Shown: positions 40,100 through 52,165 of the stretch, piece after piece
Position numbering within the stretch: position 1 is the stretch's first letter
Layout: each line of letters begins with the position of its first letter
NCBI RefSeq assembly: GCF_006345805.1
Contig: NC_043020.1
Span: forward strand, 6,820,001 to 6,884,000
Length of the DNA: 64,000 bases
From: Octopus sinensis
Taxonomy: Eukaryota
Reading direction: 5' to 3'
Program-made: the position numbers and the translations under genes
The notes under the pieces: generated by a model
The model's database searches: none
What the model saw: only the letters and a program-made list of their open reading frames with translations
What the model was told of the DNA's origin: nothing

Positions 40100-40273
40100 T
40101 TGATGGCAATTGGACTTTATGGAGCGGATGGTCAGTGTGTACCAAGAACTGTGGTCCAGATGGTGTCCAGAAACGAGTAAGGCTCTGTTCCGCACCATAT
40201 CCTAGCTATGAAGGTAAAGATTGTACGGGACCTTCATCAGAAACTAAGCCCTGTGAAAATGATCCATGTCCCC
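40100..40273 (+). CDS. Coding exon 3: thrombospondin type-1 repeat 2
   Basis: Acceptor tttcacag; VDGNWTLWSGWSVCTKNCGPDGVQKRVRLCSAPYPSYEGKDCTGPSSETKPCENDPCP (6-Cys TSP1, WxxWxxW); donor c|gtaagt; 174 nt, phase 1-1. Confidence 0.95.
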
Positions 40274-40394
40274 GTAAGTTGACACAGAATTCTAAACCAT
40301 TTTCAGAGTTTTCTTTTTCTTTTTTTCTCATTACCATTTCTTCTGGGGCAGAGCACTGAGTTGGGAAAATTTTTAGCTTGCCCCCGGAAATGTG

Positions 40395-41238
40395 CTTTGC
40401 TGCATTTCATCCATCTGTCTTTACATTCTGAGTTCAAATTCTGCCGAGGTCAACTTTGCCTTTCATCCCTTCAAGGTCGATTAAATAAAAACCAGTTAAG
40501 TGCTGGGATCAGTGTAATCTACTAGCGCCCTTCCCTCAAATTTCAGGCCTTGTGTCTATAGAAGAAAAGATTATCATCATCATCAAGGCAGCAAGCTAGG
40601 TGAAATGCTTAGTGGCATTTCATCTGTCTTTACATTCTGAGTTCAAATTCCACCAAAGTCAACTTTGGCTTTCATCCTTTTTTGAGGTTGATAGATTAAG
40701 TACCAGTTATGCACTGAGGTTGATCTAATTGACTTATCTCCTTTTCAGGCTTTGTGCCTATAGTAGAAAGGATTATTATTATTATTATTACTAAGATGGT
40801 GAGCTGGCAGAGTTGCTATGACACCTGGCGAAATGCTTAGCAGTATTTTGGCTGCCGCTATGTTCTGAGGTTCAAATTCCACTATGGTTGACTTCACCTT
40901 AAATCTTTTCGGGGGTCGATAAATTAAGCACCAGTGAAACACTTCGAATTACCCCCCTCCATAAATTTCAGGCCTTGTGCCTATAGTAGAAAGGATTATT
41001 ATTACTACTACTACATAAAGTAGTGGGGGGGGGCTGGCAGAATTGTTAGCACGCTTGATGAAATGCCTGGTGGTATTTCGTCTGCCACTATATGTTCTGA
41101 GTTCAAACTCCACTGAGGTCAATTTTGCTTTTCATCTTTTCGGGGTCGATAAATTAAGTACCAGTGAAACACTGGGGTTGATGTAATCAACTGTCCCCCT
41201 CCCTCAAAATCTGAGGCCTTGTGCCTTTAGTAGACACA
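40395..41238 (+). mobile_element. Head-to-tail cluster of ~4 SINE family B copies
   Basis: Repeated ttctgagttcaaattc..actttgcctttcatcc..gtaccag units separated by (ATT)n/(ATC)n/(ACT)n. Confidence 0.75.
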
Positions 41239-41471
41239 ATTAGTATTATCTAACCTGTAATTATCCTTATCAACAGCATGATCATTGCTGTTGTCTTCAA
41301 AGCCATCATCATCGATATCATTGCTATTATCATAACCATCATCATCATTACTATCACTAAACCAACCTCCACCACCACAACCTTTCACTGCCATCGCCAT
41401 CCTTTTTCCAAGATCTAAAAACCCTACTCATTCAAATGCTTACCTTTTTTTCCTCTTCTTTTGTTTTCCAG

Positions 41472-41701
41472 AAGTACCTCCAGACTTTGACATCAGTGTG
41501 TGTAAAAAAGAAAACAAAAGTATATTTATATGTAATAGTGAGACTCACTGTATTCCGATGACAGAACGGTGTGATAAAATATTACATTGCAACGATGGAA
41601 GCGATGAACTCAGGTGTTGGTTAAAATCTCAAAGTGGTAAGGTTCCTGCAAGTCTTGGCACTTTGCTTCTTTCTGCAGCCTTATTTTCTCTTTCTTTATG
41701 A
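41472..41701 (+). CDS. Coding exon 4: LDL-receptor class A domain; internal donor after 41636, or read-through into hydrophobic tail A ending at TGA 41699-41701
   Basis: Acceptor ttttccag; QVPPDFDISVCKKENKSIFICNSETHCIPMTERCDKILHCNDGSDELRCWLKSQS (6 Cys, DxSDE), then GKVPASLGTLLLSAALFSLSL*; phase-1 donor g|gtaagg at 41637. Confidence 0.9.
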
Positions 41702-41895
41702 CTGGTGACATGCAAGGGAAGATCTGTTTCACCCACCCTAGGCATGGCAAAATACTTGTTGAAATTCATGTGTGTACAAACATATATATTTATATATATA
41801 TGAGTCAACTTGCCATATAACAGCTGTTTGGAAATCTGTTGGCATACATACCTACATAATGTATATGGATGTATTTTTATGTGTATAGTGTTATA

Positions 41896-42299
41896 GGCAC
41901 AGAAGTGGCTGTGTCGTAGGTGGCTTGTCTACCAACCACATGGTTCCGGGTTCAGTCCCACTGCGTGGCACCTTGGGCAAGTGTCTTTTACTATAGCCTC
42001 GGGCCGACCAAAGCCTTGTGAGTGGATCTGGTAGATAGAAACTGAAAGAAGCCCGTCGTATATATGTATATGTATGTGTGTGTATATGTTTGTGTGTCTG
42101 TGTTTGTCCCCCTAGTATTGCTTGACAACCGATGCTGGTGTGTTTATGTCCCCGTCACTTAGCAGTTCGGCAAAAGAGACCGATAGAATAAGTACTGGGC
42201 TTACAAAAGAATAAGTCCCGGGGTCGAGTTGCTCGACTAAAGGTGGTGCTCCAGCATGGCCGCAGTCAAATGACTGAAACAAGTAAAAGAGTAAAAGAA
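41896..42299 (+). mobile_element. SINE family A
   Basis: Same head, body and tail. Confidence 0.85.
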
Positions 42300-43212
42300 T
42301 ATATATATATATATATATATACATACACATACAACCAAACACACAGAGGCATATCTCAACCTATGTTGTTTTTTGACTGTGTTTTTGTTTTCAAGGAATG
42401 AAAAAAATAAACCTAAACTTCTGTCAATTTATTTAACTTTATGTTGGTTTCAGTGAAAATATTTAAAAACAATTTTTTTTTTTTTTTAAATAAAACACTT
42501 AAGAACGAATACTGAAGTGAAAAATGAAATGAAATACTTGTGAGAATATATTTAAACCATTTACTAAAACAATTCGGCTAATAAATTTTTGTGTTATTTT
42601 TCAAGTTAGGTCACATGTCTTGGAACCAATTACTGGCATAATTTGAGGTATATCTGTGTGTATATATGTCTGTATATATGATTAGTAAGAAAGATAGGTA
42701 GACAGATGTATGTGTGTGTGTGTGTATAGTGGACTATAATTAAATATATTCATAAATAAATATATAGTTAGGTAGATGTCTACATGCATAAACTTACTAT
42801 ACACTTACTATATATACATATACATACACAAATGATATACACTTGTGTTTATCATAATTTCTCATACATGTATATAGAGTGAGAAGAAAAATATAATTAT
42901 TAAATTTAATTAGAGGATATGTAAACCTCATAGAAGGATGGTTCCATTCAAGGAAATACTGGTTCAATACCTAGTATTTGGGTGGAATGAATTTCCTTAA
43001 AATAATGGGTATATACAAAAATATATAGTTTACATTCATTGAAAAGAAGAAAAGAAAATGGAGATTAGGAAGTTCATAATTGTTTTTCATTGGTCATCTT
43101 CATTTTCTTTTCTTATATATATATATATACACATATATACACACACACACACACGTGCATATATGTGCATGCATACTTTCATAAAGACATACACTCAAAA
43201 GTACATTACTCT

Positions 43213-43419
43213 TTACTCTTTTACTTGTTTCAGTCATTTGACTGCGGCCATGCTGGAGCACCGCCTTTAGTCGAGCAACTTGACCCCGGGACTTATTCTT
43301 TTGTAAGCCCAGTACTTATTCTATCGGTCTCTTTTGCCGAACTGCTAAGTGATGGGGACGTAATCACACCAGCATCGGTTGTCAATCGATGTTGGGGGGA
43401 CAAACACAGACACACATAT

Positions 43420-43470
<51 letters not shown>

Positions 43471-43626
43471 TACGACGGGCTTCTTTCAGTTTCCATCTAC
43501 CAAATCCACCCACAAGGCTTTGGTCGGCCCGAGGCTATAGTAGAAGACACTTGCCCATGGTGCCACGCAGTGCGACTGAACCCGGAACCATGTGGTTGGT
43601 AAGCAAGCTACTTACCACACAGCCAT
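43213..43626 (-). mobile_element. SINE family A (inverted relative to 41896-42299)
   Basis: Reverse complement, near-identical to the 41896 copy. Confidence 0.85.
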
Positions 43627-43634
43627 ATAATGTA

Positions 43635-44460
43635 TATTGTGTCTCCCATAAATAATGTGGTTTTTTCAATTGAATGAACTTAAAGCTGGAGGGGATAAAC
43701 TACCTGCATCTATTTGCTATAAAAGCAGGTAGTAATTTTACCTTGTACTTATTCTTAGTGCAAGTTCTGAAGAGTGCAGTTCGATTTTAAGTTATTTTTT
43801 CAAAGATATAATGGAAGTGACAAAGGAGCATATTTGGAATAGTTTGCTTTATGATTGCAATAAAGGCAACAATGGAATGGAAAGTGTGGGGAACATTAGT
43901 GCAGTATATGGGGATCAGGCAATAAGCGTAAGCCAGTATCAACAGTGGTTCCAGAAATTCCCAAGTCGGAAACTACAGCCTAGAAGACAAGCCTTATCCT
44001 GGAAGATCTGTAGAGCTCAATGAGGAGGTCCTGCAAACCCTGGTAGAACAAAATGTCATTGTAACTGTTGAGGAACTAGCAGAGAAGCTTGGATTTGGTC
44101 ATTCAATCATTCATCGATTGCTGTGCTTGAAGGAAAACGACCATCTTTGGCTTCAAGACGAAAGGTGTTCCTCCATCAGGATAATGCTCAGCCACATACA
44201 GCAAGGATGGCATTCCAAAGGCTGGAGCAATTTGAATGGGAAACGATGCCCCACCCATCCTGTTTGCCAGACATTGCCCCATCTAATTATCATTTATTCT
44301 GCAGTCTTTAAAATCATTTGGATGGAAAAAATATGAATTCTGTAGATGGGATCAGAACAGTACTGGAAGAGTATTTTTCATCATGGACAAGTGAATTTTG
44401 GAAGAGGGGCCTTGCAAATCTACCAGATAGATGGAAGGGCTTTGTAGAAAATGAAGGAGA
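43635..44460 (+). mobile_element. Degenerate mariner transposon with internal deletion
   Basis: HTH-like EHIWNSLLYD..AVYGDQAISVSQYQQWFQKF; catalytic region LHQDNAQPH..PHPSCLPDIAPSNYHLF (degenerate YSPDLAPSDYHLF); frameshifts and stops. Confidence 0.88.
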
Positions 44461-45595
44461 GAATGAAAGGCAAAGTCGACTTTGGTGGAATTTGAACACA
44501 GAACGTCAGGCTGGGAGAAATGCTGCTAAGTATCTTGCCTGGCATGCTAACGATTCTGCCAGCTCAATAATAATAATTACAACAACAATAATAATAATAA
44601 TAATAATAATGACAAAAAAAATCATCTCTGATGTATTCTAAAAAAAGAATAGGATCCAAGTTCTGTGTTAGCAACAATAAAAACATAAAATGCAACCGTT
44701 GCATCTTCAGAACACACAGAATCGAACAACGGAATTAGGAAGTTATATAACAGTAATTTATAATATTAGGAAAAAAATAAATAAATGTGCCAAGGCCACC
44801 TTGAAGAGGGGAAAAAATTAATTAAGATCACTAATAATATCGTGTTAGATAAAGAAAACGGAGAGATAATGGAATCAGACCAAAACACTAGGAAATAGCT
44901 GGGAATCAATGAACTAGATAGGGTAGAATACGCAAATGGAACAGTGAGGAAGAAATATTGGAGAGGTATCGCTCTGTCGTTTGAGATGGAGTTAATTGAA
45001 AAAAAGAAAAGAAAATGTAAAGTGGTTAAGTGGCTGTATGGTTTAGAAGCTTGCTTCTCAACCACTTGGTTTCAGGTTCAATCCAGTTCCACGTCAAACC
45101 ATCCAACCCATGTCAGCATGGAAAACAGACATTAAATGATGATTGGGTGTGTGTGTGTGTGAGAAGTTTTGATAAACATTGTTTTTGCTGGCCTTGTGTC
45201 AAAATTTGAAATCATTTATTACAAGACAAAGGCACCGAACTGGCTGAACCATTTGCATGCTGGGTAAAATGCAAAGAGGCATTTCATCCGTTTTTACGTT
45301 CTTGGCTCAGATTCTGCAGAGGTTGTGTCTGCCTGTCAATATTTTGGGGTTGATAAAATAAGTACCAGTTGAGTACTGGTGTCAAAGCAATCAATTACCA
45401 CCCTTCCCTCGAAATTGCTGGCCTTGTGCCAAAATTTGAGAGTGTTACTATTATTATAATTATTGAAGGTAATAATTTGGCAAAACTGCTAAAAATTGAG
45501 GGGAAAATACCTTCTGGTTCATGATGCCCCCTTTCCTCTTTCTAAGGTCGATAATAATGTAACAGTCAATTACTGGGATAGATATCTTTATATGC

Positions 45596-45626
<31 letters not shown>

Positions 45627-45658
45627 TATGCACACACACATATACATACATATATATT

Positions 45659-45887
45659 TCTTTACTACCCACAAGGGGCTAAACACAGAGGGGACAAACA
45701 AGGACAGACAAAGGGATTAAGTCGATTATATCGACCCCAGTGCGTAACTGGTACTTAATTTATCGACCCCCGAAATGATGAAAGGCTAAGTCAACCTTGG
45801 TGGAATTTGAACTTGGCACGTAACAAGAGACGAAATACAGCTATGCATTTCGCCCGGCGTGCTAACGTTTCTGCCAGCTCACCGCTT
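45659..45887 (-). mobile_element. SINE family B, full length
   Basis: Reverse complement of 56809-57045. Confidence 0.8.
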
Positions 45888-46049
45888 TAACATACATACA
45901 TACAAATACACACACACAAAAATACATACACACACAAGCAGACACACCTCAAATTTCTCTCTCTTGCACACGCTCAACTCAACACAGACCAATTTTTATT
46001 ACAACTGAGAAAAGTATCTGTTAAACTCACGCTCTCTCTTCATAAATGC

Positions 46050-46665
46050 ATTTGTGTGTGTGTGTATCTGTATATATATGTGTAAATATGTATATATATA
46101 TATGTGTGCATATGTATATATATATATATGCGTATATATATGTATATATGTATATGTGTATATATATGTATATATATATATATATGTGTGTATATATATG
46201 TATATATATATATATGTGTGTATATATATGTATATATATATATATGTGTGTATATATATGTATATATATATATGTGTGTATATATATGTATATATATATA
46301 TATGTGTGTATATATATGTATATATATATATATGTGTGTATATATATATGTATATATATATATATATGTGTGTGTATATATATGTGTAAATATGTATATA
46401 TATGTGTATATATATGTATATATATATATATGTGGTGTATATATATGTATATATATATATATGTGTGTATTATATATGTATATATATATGTATAATATAT
46501 ATATGTGTGTGTATATATATGTATATATATATGATATATATATATATGTGGTGTATATATATGTATATTATATATATATATGTATATATATATGTGTATA
46601 TATATGTATAATATATATATATGTGTATATATATGTATATATATTATATATGCGTATATATATAG
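46050..46665. repeat. TA/TG compound microsatellite
   Basis: Seen directly; similar tracts at 4240-4695, 13010-13520, 17375-17660, 60825-61705 and 62010-63290. Confidence 0.95.
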
Positions 46666-46926
46666 GTTTAGAGTGTTTGGCATTAGGAATGGCTTCCAGC
46701 TGTAGAAACCCTGCCAAATCAGGTTGGAACCTGGTGCAGCTCCCTGGTTTACCATCCAACTCATGCCAACATGGAAAGTGAACATTAAATGATGATGGTG
46801 AGATATATATAATATATATATATGTATATTCATAAACTCACATATACAAATACATTTATATGGTGTATAAACCTGTATGTATGTATATGTATATATATAT
46901 ATATATATATATACGACACACACATC

Positions 46927-46958
<32 letters not shown>

Positions 46959-47242
46959 CATATACCACACACACACATCTATATATATATATATATATGC
47001 CTTGACCGTTTAACTCACACATTTTTTTCCCTCTCCATCTATTTTCTTTCCTCGTCTATCCTTTCTGCAGAAGAGGGTAGGTTTGAAACGTTAGAGACAC
47101 TTTACATTTTTTCTGAACATAGACCTAATTCACTGTTTTTTGCTCTTCATTGGTTTTTATTCTTCATATTTTTGGACCTCATATTCATATATATATATAT
47201 ATATATATGGGAAGGTTTGGAGATGATGTACAGGTATTTTAT

Positions 47243-47380
47243 TTTAGAAGAAATGAGGTACTCAGAAAATCGGATGGTTTATATTTACAGATATTTATTT
47301 GTATAAAAAATGTGATATGCAAATAAATATCTGTAAATATAAACCATCTGATTTTCTGAGTACCTCATTTCTTCTAATAT
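47243..47380. repeat. Inverted repeat (~60-bp arms) in (TA)n
   Basis: tagaagaaatgaggtactcagaaaatc..tatttatttg versus caaataaata..gattttctgagtacctcatttcttcta. Confidence 0.85.
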
Positions 47381-47761
47381 ATATATATATATATATATCA
47401 CTATCATCATCATCGTTGTTTAACATCCACTTTCGATGTTGGCATAGGTTTGACAGTTTGATTGGCAAGACAATTGGCTGTACCAGGCTCCAATCTGATT
47501 TGGCAAGGTTTCTACAGCTGAATGCCCTTCCTAATGCCAACAACTCCAAGAATGTAGTGGGTGTTTTTTACGTACCACCAGCACAGAAGCCTGTGAAACA
47601 GTACAGGCACTGGCCATGCTCAAATGGTGCTTTTTACATGTCACTGGCACAGGTGTCAGTCAAGCGGCACTGGCATTCATCATGCTCAAATGGTGCTTTT
47701 TACGTGCCACCAGTATGGGTGCCAGTCAGACAGCACTAGCGTCACTCACACTTGAATGGTG

Positions 47762-47796
<35 letters not shown>

Positions 47797-48074
47797 AGAT
47801 TGCTGGCCACTAAACCTTTTTCTATTTTCTCTCTGTTTATTTTTTGTGTTCCTTTCTGTCGAACCACAGAATATATATATATACATACACACACACACCA
47901 ATACATACATATATATACACACACACACACCAATACATACATCATGTGACCGACCAGTCCATCAGATGTAGTTACACATCGCTGGTCACAATGCGTTCGC
48001 ATTGCTTTAGCCTTTGAATGACGCCACCCCGCTGGCTAAGCGAGCAGGCCACATACAAATATATACACATATAT

Positions 48075-48122
<48 letters not shown>

Positions 48123-48494
48123 CACACAAATTTATACATAAACATATACACACACACATATAAACACATATATATACACACATGTATATACATATACACA
48201 CATACATATACAAACACACAAATATATATGTACACATATACACACACAAATATATATATTGTTGCTATTTTGAAAAAGTGTTGTAAGTCCAAAACATTGC
48301 TTTTCTTCAGAAAGCGAAAAAATAGTTTCACCATTCCATAGCAAAACCGTTGTACCACACTTTGACAATGTTTGATATTTTGGCATCTGAAGTAGCTGGA
48401 GATACGATAGTTTGACCAAAAGAACTGGCTATTGCAAGCAAAAATATATAATGAAAATTATATATTTGGACATACGACAATTTAACATAGTAGG

Positions 48495-48539
<45 letters not shown>

Positions 48540-49174
48540 ATGATAAATCTCAGAGCGAGTTATAGGGCACAGATAGTGTGTCTATAGCCAGCTGGAGGAG
48601 ATATCTTCCTAGGGCTACAAACTACAGTAGCATCCACCCTTAGGGGTTAGCCATATTCAAATGGCAAATATGCATCACTATATATATATATATAAAGCAG
48701 ATAAGTTAGAGCTTGAAGTCTGTCCAATAGTGCTAAATCAATCTACCATTTCCTTCATCAATTATTATCTCAACAGACCTAGATCCAGAGGAAACATACC
48801 CCAACCATGGATGTTACCAGGTAGCCCAAGCTGTGAACACACTAACTGACATATACCCATTTGTCCAAAAAATTACATATATATATATATATATACACCA
48901 ATTATATACATTTTTATTATTTCTTTGCAATTTACTTAATCATTGCTATTTTATTGTTATTTTAATATTTCTATTATATGTAATTTTCTAGATGGTGTAA
49001 TTTAATTGTTCATTTTCAATAGATAAAAGGTGTTTTTTTCTAATTTTTTTTTGTATATATATATATATATATAATATATATTATATTGTGAAATTTGATT
49101 TAGTATTTCTAAATTGAATTTTTTCCCTGTAAGTTAGGATTAATATTCCCTCAAATAATTATTATATATATATA

Positions 49175-49605
49175 CACAAATATAAGAGAGAATCCACTAT
49201 GTGGATGCTCTTGCGCTAAAAATAGATCCGCAATGATCTCAACCACCAAGAATTGTTCTCAAGAAAAATTAGCACAACTATGAACGTAAATGAGCAGGAC
49301 AAATGAAAAATAACAAAAATGTAGATTAACCCTAGACAATTGTTTCACTGTTTATAAATTATGCAATTTTTTCAGGATTCGTCATGAATATAATTTGTTG
49401 TGTAAGTAAAATTGCATAATTTATTAACAGTGAAGCAATCGTCTGGGGTTAATCTACATTTTTGTCATTTTTCATTTGTCCTACTCACTTACGTTCATAG
49501 TTGTGCTAATTTTTCTTGAGAACAATTCTTGGTGGTTGAGACCATTGTGGATCTATTTTTAGCACAAGAGCGTTCACATAGTGGATTCTCTCTTATATTT
49601 GTGTA
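49175..49605. repeat. Imperfect long inverted repeat (~195-bp arms, ~40-nt spacer), Penelope-like
   Basis: 49175-49369 is the reverse complement of ~49408-49605; embedded among (TA)n. Confidence 0.85.
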
Positions 49606-49983
49606 TTAATATTTACTGAATCCCAGTTCTAATGCGCTAAACCACTTGGTGTTAAATTGGTGTTATTAAATTAATATTCAATTTTTTACCCTTATTTTTG
49701 ATTTTACATATATATATATATATATATCTAATGAAGGATAAAATTTTTTTCGAAAAAATATGTTCCTTTTCAAAAAAAATTTTATCAATGGCCAGCATAT
49801 CAAAAAATACCTTTAAAGGTTAAATCTATAAACAATTCATAATTAAGGGCAAACGAAAACATTTCTAATGCCAGATATGCTGAAAAATTGGACATATTGT
49901 CCATTAACCATATAATTTTTTCACAATATGCACGCTACTTGAAAAAAGGTCGACAGAAATTTCTAAAACATTCCATTATTACC

Positions 49984-50038
49984 ATATCGGACCAATTTCA
50001 GGGTTAGCTTATAACACCCCTCCCTTCGTCAGTGATAC
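49984..50038 (-). ncRNA. Hammerhead ribozyme motif, near intact
   Basis: Minus strand gtatca-CTGACGA-aggg(...)ccct-GAAA-ttgg-TC-cgatat; one mismatch at the base of stem I. Confidence 0.6.
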
Positions 50039-50580
50039 ATGTGGCAAAAGAAATAAATGAGATACTTACTCATACCCATGGAAGAAGCGAACACTAAGTC
50101 ATGAGCACAATTAAGTACCCCAAATACATCCAAAATAGAAATACTCTCGTTTGACCTTAATTATGAATTGTTTATATATATATATACATGTAAAAATGCA
50201 TATTACGTACACAATGACACAATAAAATACGTACAATGTATAGTGAGTGTAGAACTGGATGTGAGACAAGCACAGAACATCCCTAATTCCTCATCAGTTA
50301 TCAACCAGATGGTATTACTCAGTCTCAAACTTTCAATGAAGAAGCTGAGAACCTCCCATGCTGGTGCTGCCCAAACACTTCAGCAATGTAACTACACACA
50401 TGCTGTTGGTGCTTGTTTTATTTATTCATTTATCTTTTCTCTCTTTGGATTTTTCCCTTTCTGACAAAGAGCTAATGCTCAAAACATCAAAGACTCTCTT
50501 TTTACCAAGCATCAAATTAATACAATAAGTGTCCACGTCTTCTTGGTGTTTGTTATTTTTAATTTTCATTAATTGGATTT

Positions 50581-50620
<40 letters not shown>

Positions 50621-50877
50621 CGGAGTAAGCACATAAATGTGAAACAAGGTGGAAAAAAAGACTACTCAAATACCAGAGGTAGAGTAACATGCTTTATTTA
50701 AAAGCAGCAGAAATATAACAAAAGCTGTTACTCGGAGTTTCACGTTTCCGTTCGTCGGGCAGTTCTGTTATATTGCTGCTGCTTTTAAATAAAGTATATA
50801 TATACATACACACACACGTATATACATACATACATACATAATCATGCTAATAATTTTTTTTTTCTTTTCTTTTCCAG

Positions 50878-50960
50878 CTAGCTTCATGTCGTGGCATTTA
50901 GTACAAGGCTTCTATCTGACACTATGGCCAATGTTAACTGCACTCATCCTGGCCAGCTGA
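50878..50960 (+). CDS. Candidate terminal coding exon (hydrophobic GPI-like tail B)
   Basis: Strong acceptor ttttttttttcttttcttttccag; phase-1 join to 41636 gives ASFMSWHLVQGFYLTLWPMLTALILAS* (TGA 50958-50960); AATAAA at 51259. Confidence 0.7.
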
Positions 50961-51680
50961 TTCACCCCCACCCTCCTGCTATTACTACTACTACTACTAA
51001 TACAACTACTACTACTACTGTCTGCATCAAACACCTATCATCTCTCCCTCCCTCTCTCTCTCTTTCTCCCCCTCTTGCAAGCAAAAGTTGCCAGCAGCAG
51101 CAGCAGCGACAACAACAGCCAATGGATAACCAACCAACCAGCAGGAGCAGAAACAGTAATCGGCCAATCAAATCAACCAACCAACCAACAACCGCAGCAG
51201 TAACATCAATTACAACAACAAATATGATAAAATATAAAAAAGAAATAAGGAACTGAAAAATAAAAAAAAAATATCTGATCATTATGCCAGTGATGATGAT
51301 GATGATGATGGTAGTGATGGTGGCCATGGTGGTGGTGACAGCGAAGAGAGACAAAAAAAAATCAGCTATAATAAAAAAAAAATTGTTTTCTAAGACAGGC
51401 TCAAAGCCATGAGTCTCGAACTAAAAATAATAATAATAATAATAGTTTTATCTTTTTGCCACAAGAATCTCTGCAATGGGGTGGGTGAGGGGAGAATCCA
51501 AAATTAATTATGGGAAAAAATATAATTATGATAAATAATAATAATAATAATAATGATATTTTATGAGATTATCTTCAAATCTGAAGACATAATGGAAAGG
51601 AATTTGTTATATTGAATTCTGTTGTTGTTTCTGTGATTATTATTATTATTATTATTAAATATTATCATCATTGTTATCAG

Positions 51681-52165
51681 GGCAGCAAGTTGGCGGAACC
51701 ATTAGCACACCAGAGCAAAAGGCTCAACAAGCATTCTGTCCATCTTTACGGCCTAAGTTCAAATCCTGCTGAGGCCGACTTCACCTTTTATCCTTTCGGG
51801 GGTTGATAAATAAGTATCAGTGAAATGCTCGGGGGGGGGGGGGGTCGATGTAATCAACTATCCCCCACCCTGCCAAATTTCAGGCCTTGTGACTATAATA
51901 GAAAGGATTATTATTAATATTACTACTACTACTACTGCTGCTGCTACCAAGGCAGCAAGCTGGCAGAGTCATTAGCACGCTGGGCCAAATGCTTAGTGGC
52001 ATTTCATTTATCTTTATGTTCTGAGTTCAAATTCCGCCAGGTTCAACTTTGCCTTTTCTCCTTTTGGGGGGTCAATAAAATAAGTACCAGTTACACACTG
52101 GGGTCGATGTAATCGAAGTACTCCCTCCCTTGAAACTGCTGGCCTCGTGCCAAAATTTGAAACCA
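51681..52165 (+). mobile_element. Two tandem SINE family B copies
   Basis: Two head+core units separated by trinucleotide tracts; a similar pair lies at 15141-15656 and singles at 13590-13800 and 23886-24050. Confidence 0.7.

Noticed and set aside
43811-44460. Functional or domesticated transposase
   Set aside because: Stops, frameshifts, a central deletion and a SINE-truncated 3' end.
50891-51256. 121-aa Thr/Gln-rich ORF
   Set aside because: Different frame from the phase-compatible terminal exon, and mostly trinucleotide repeats of a probable 3'UTR.
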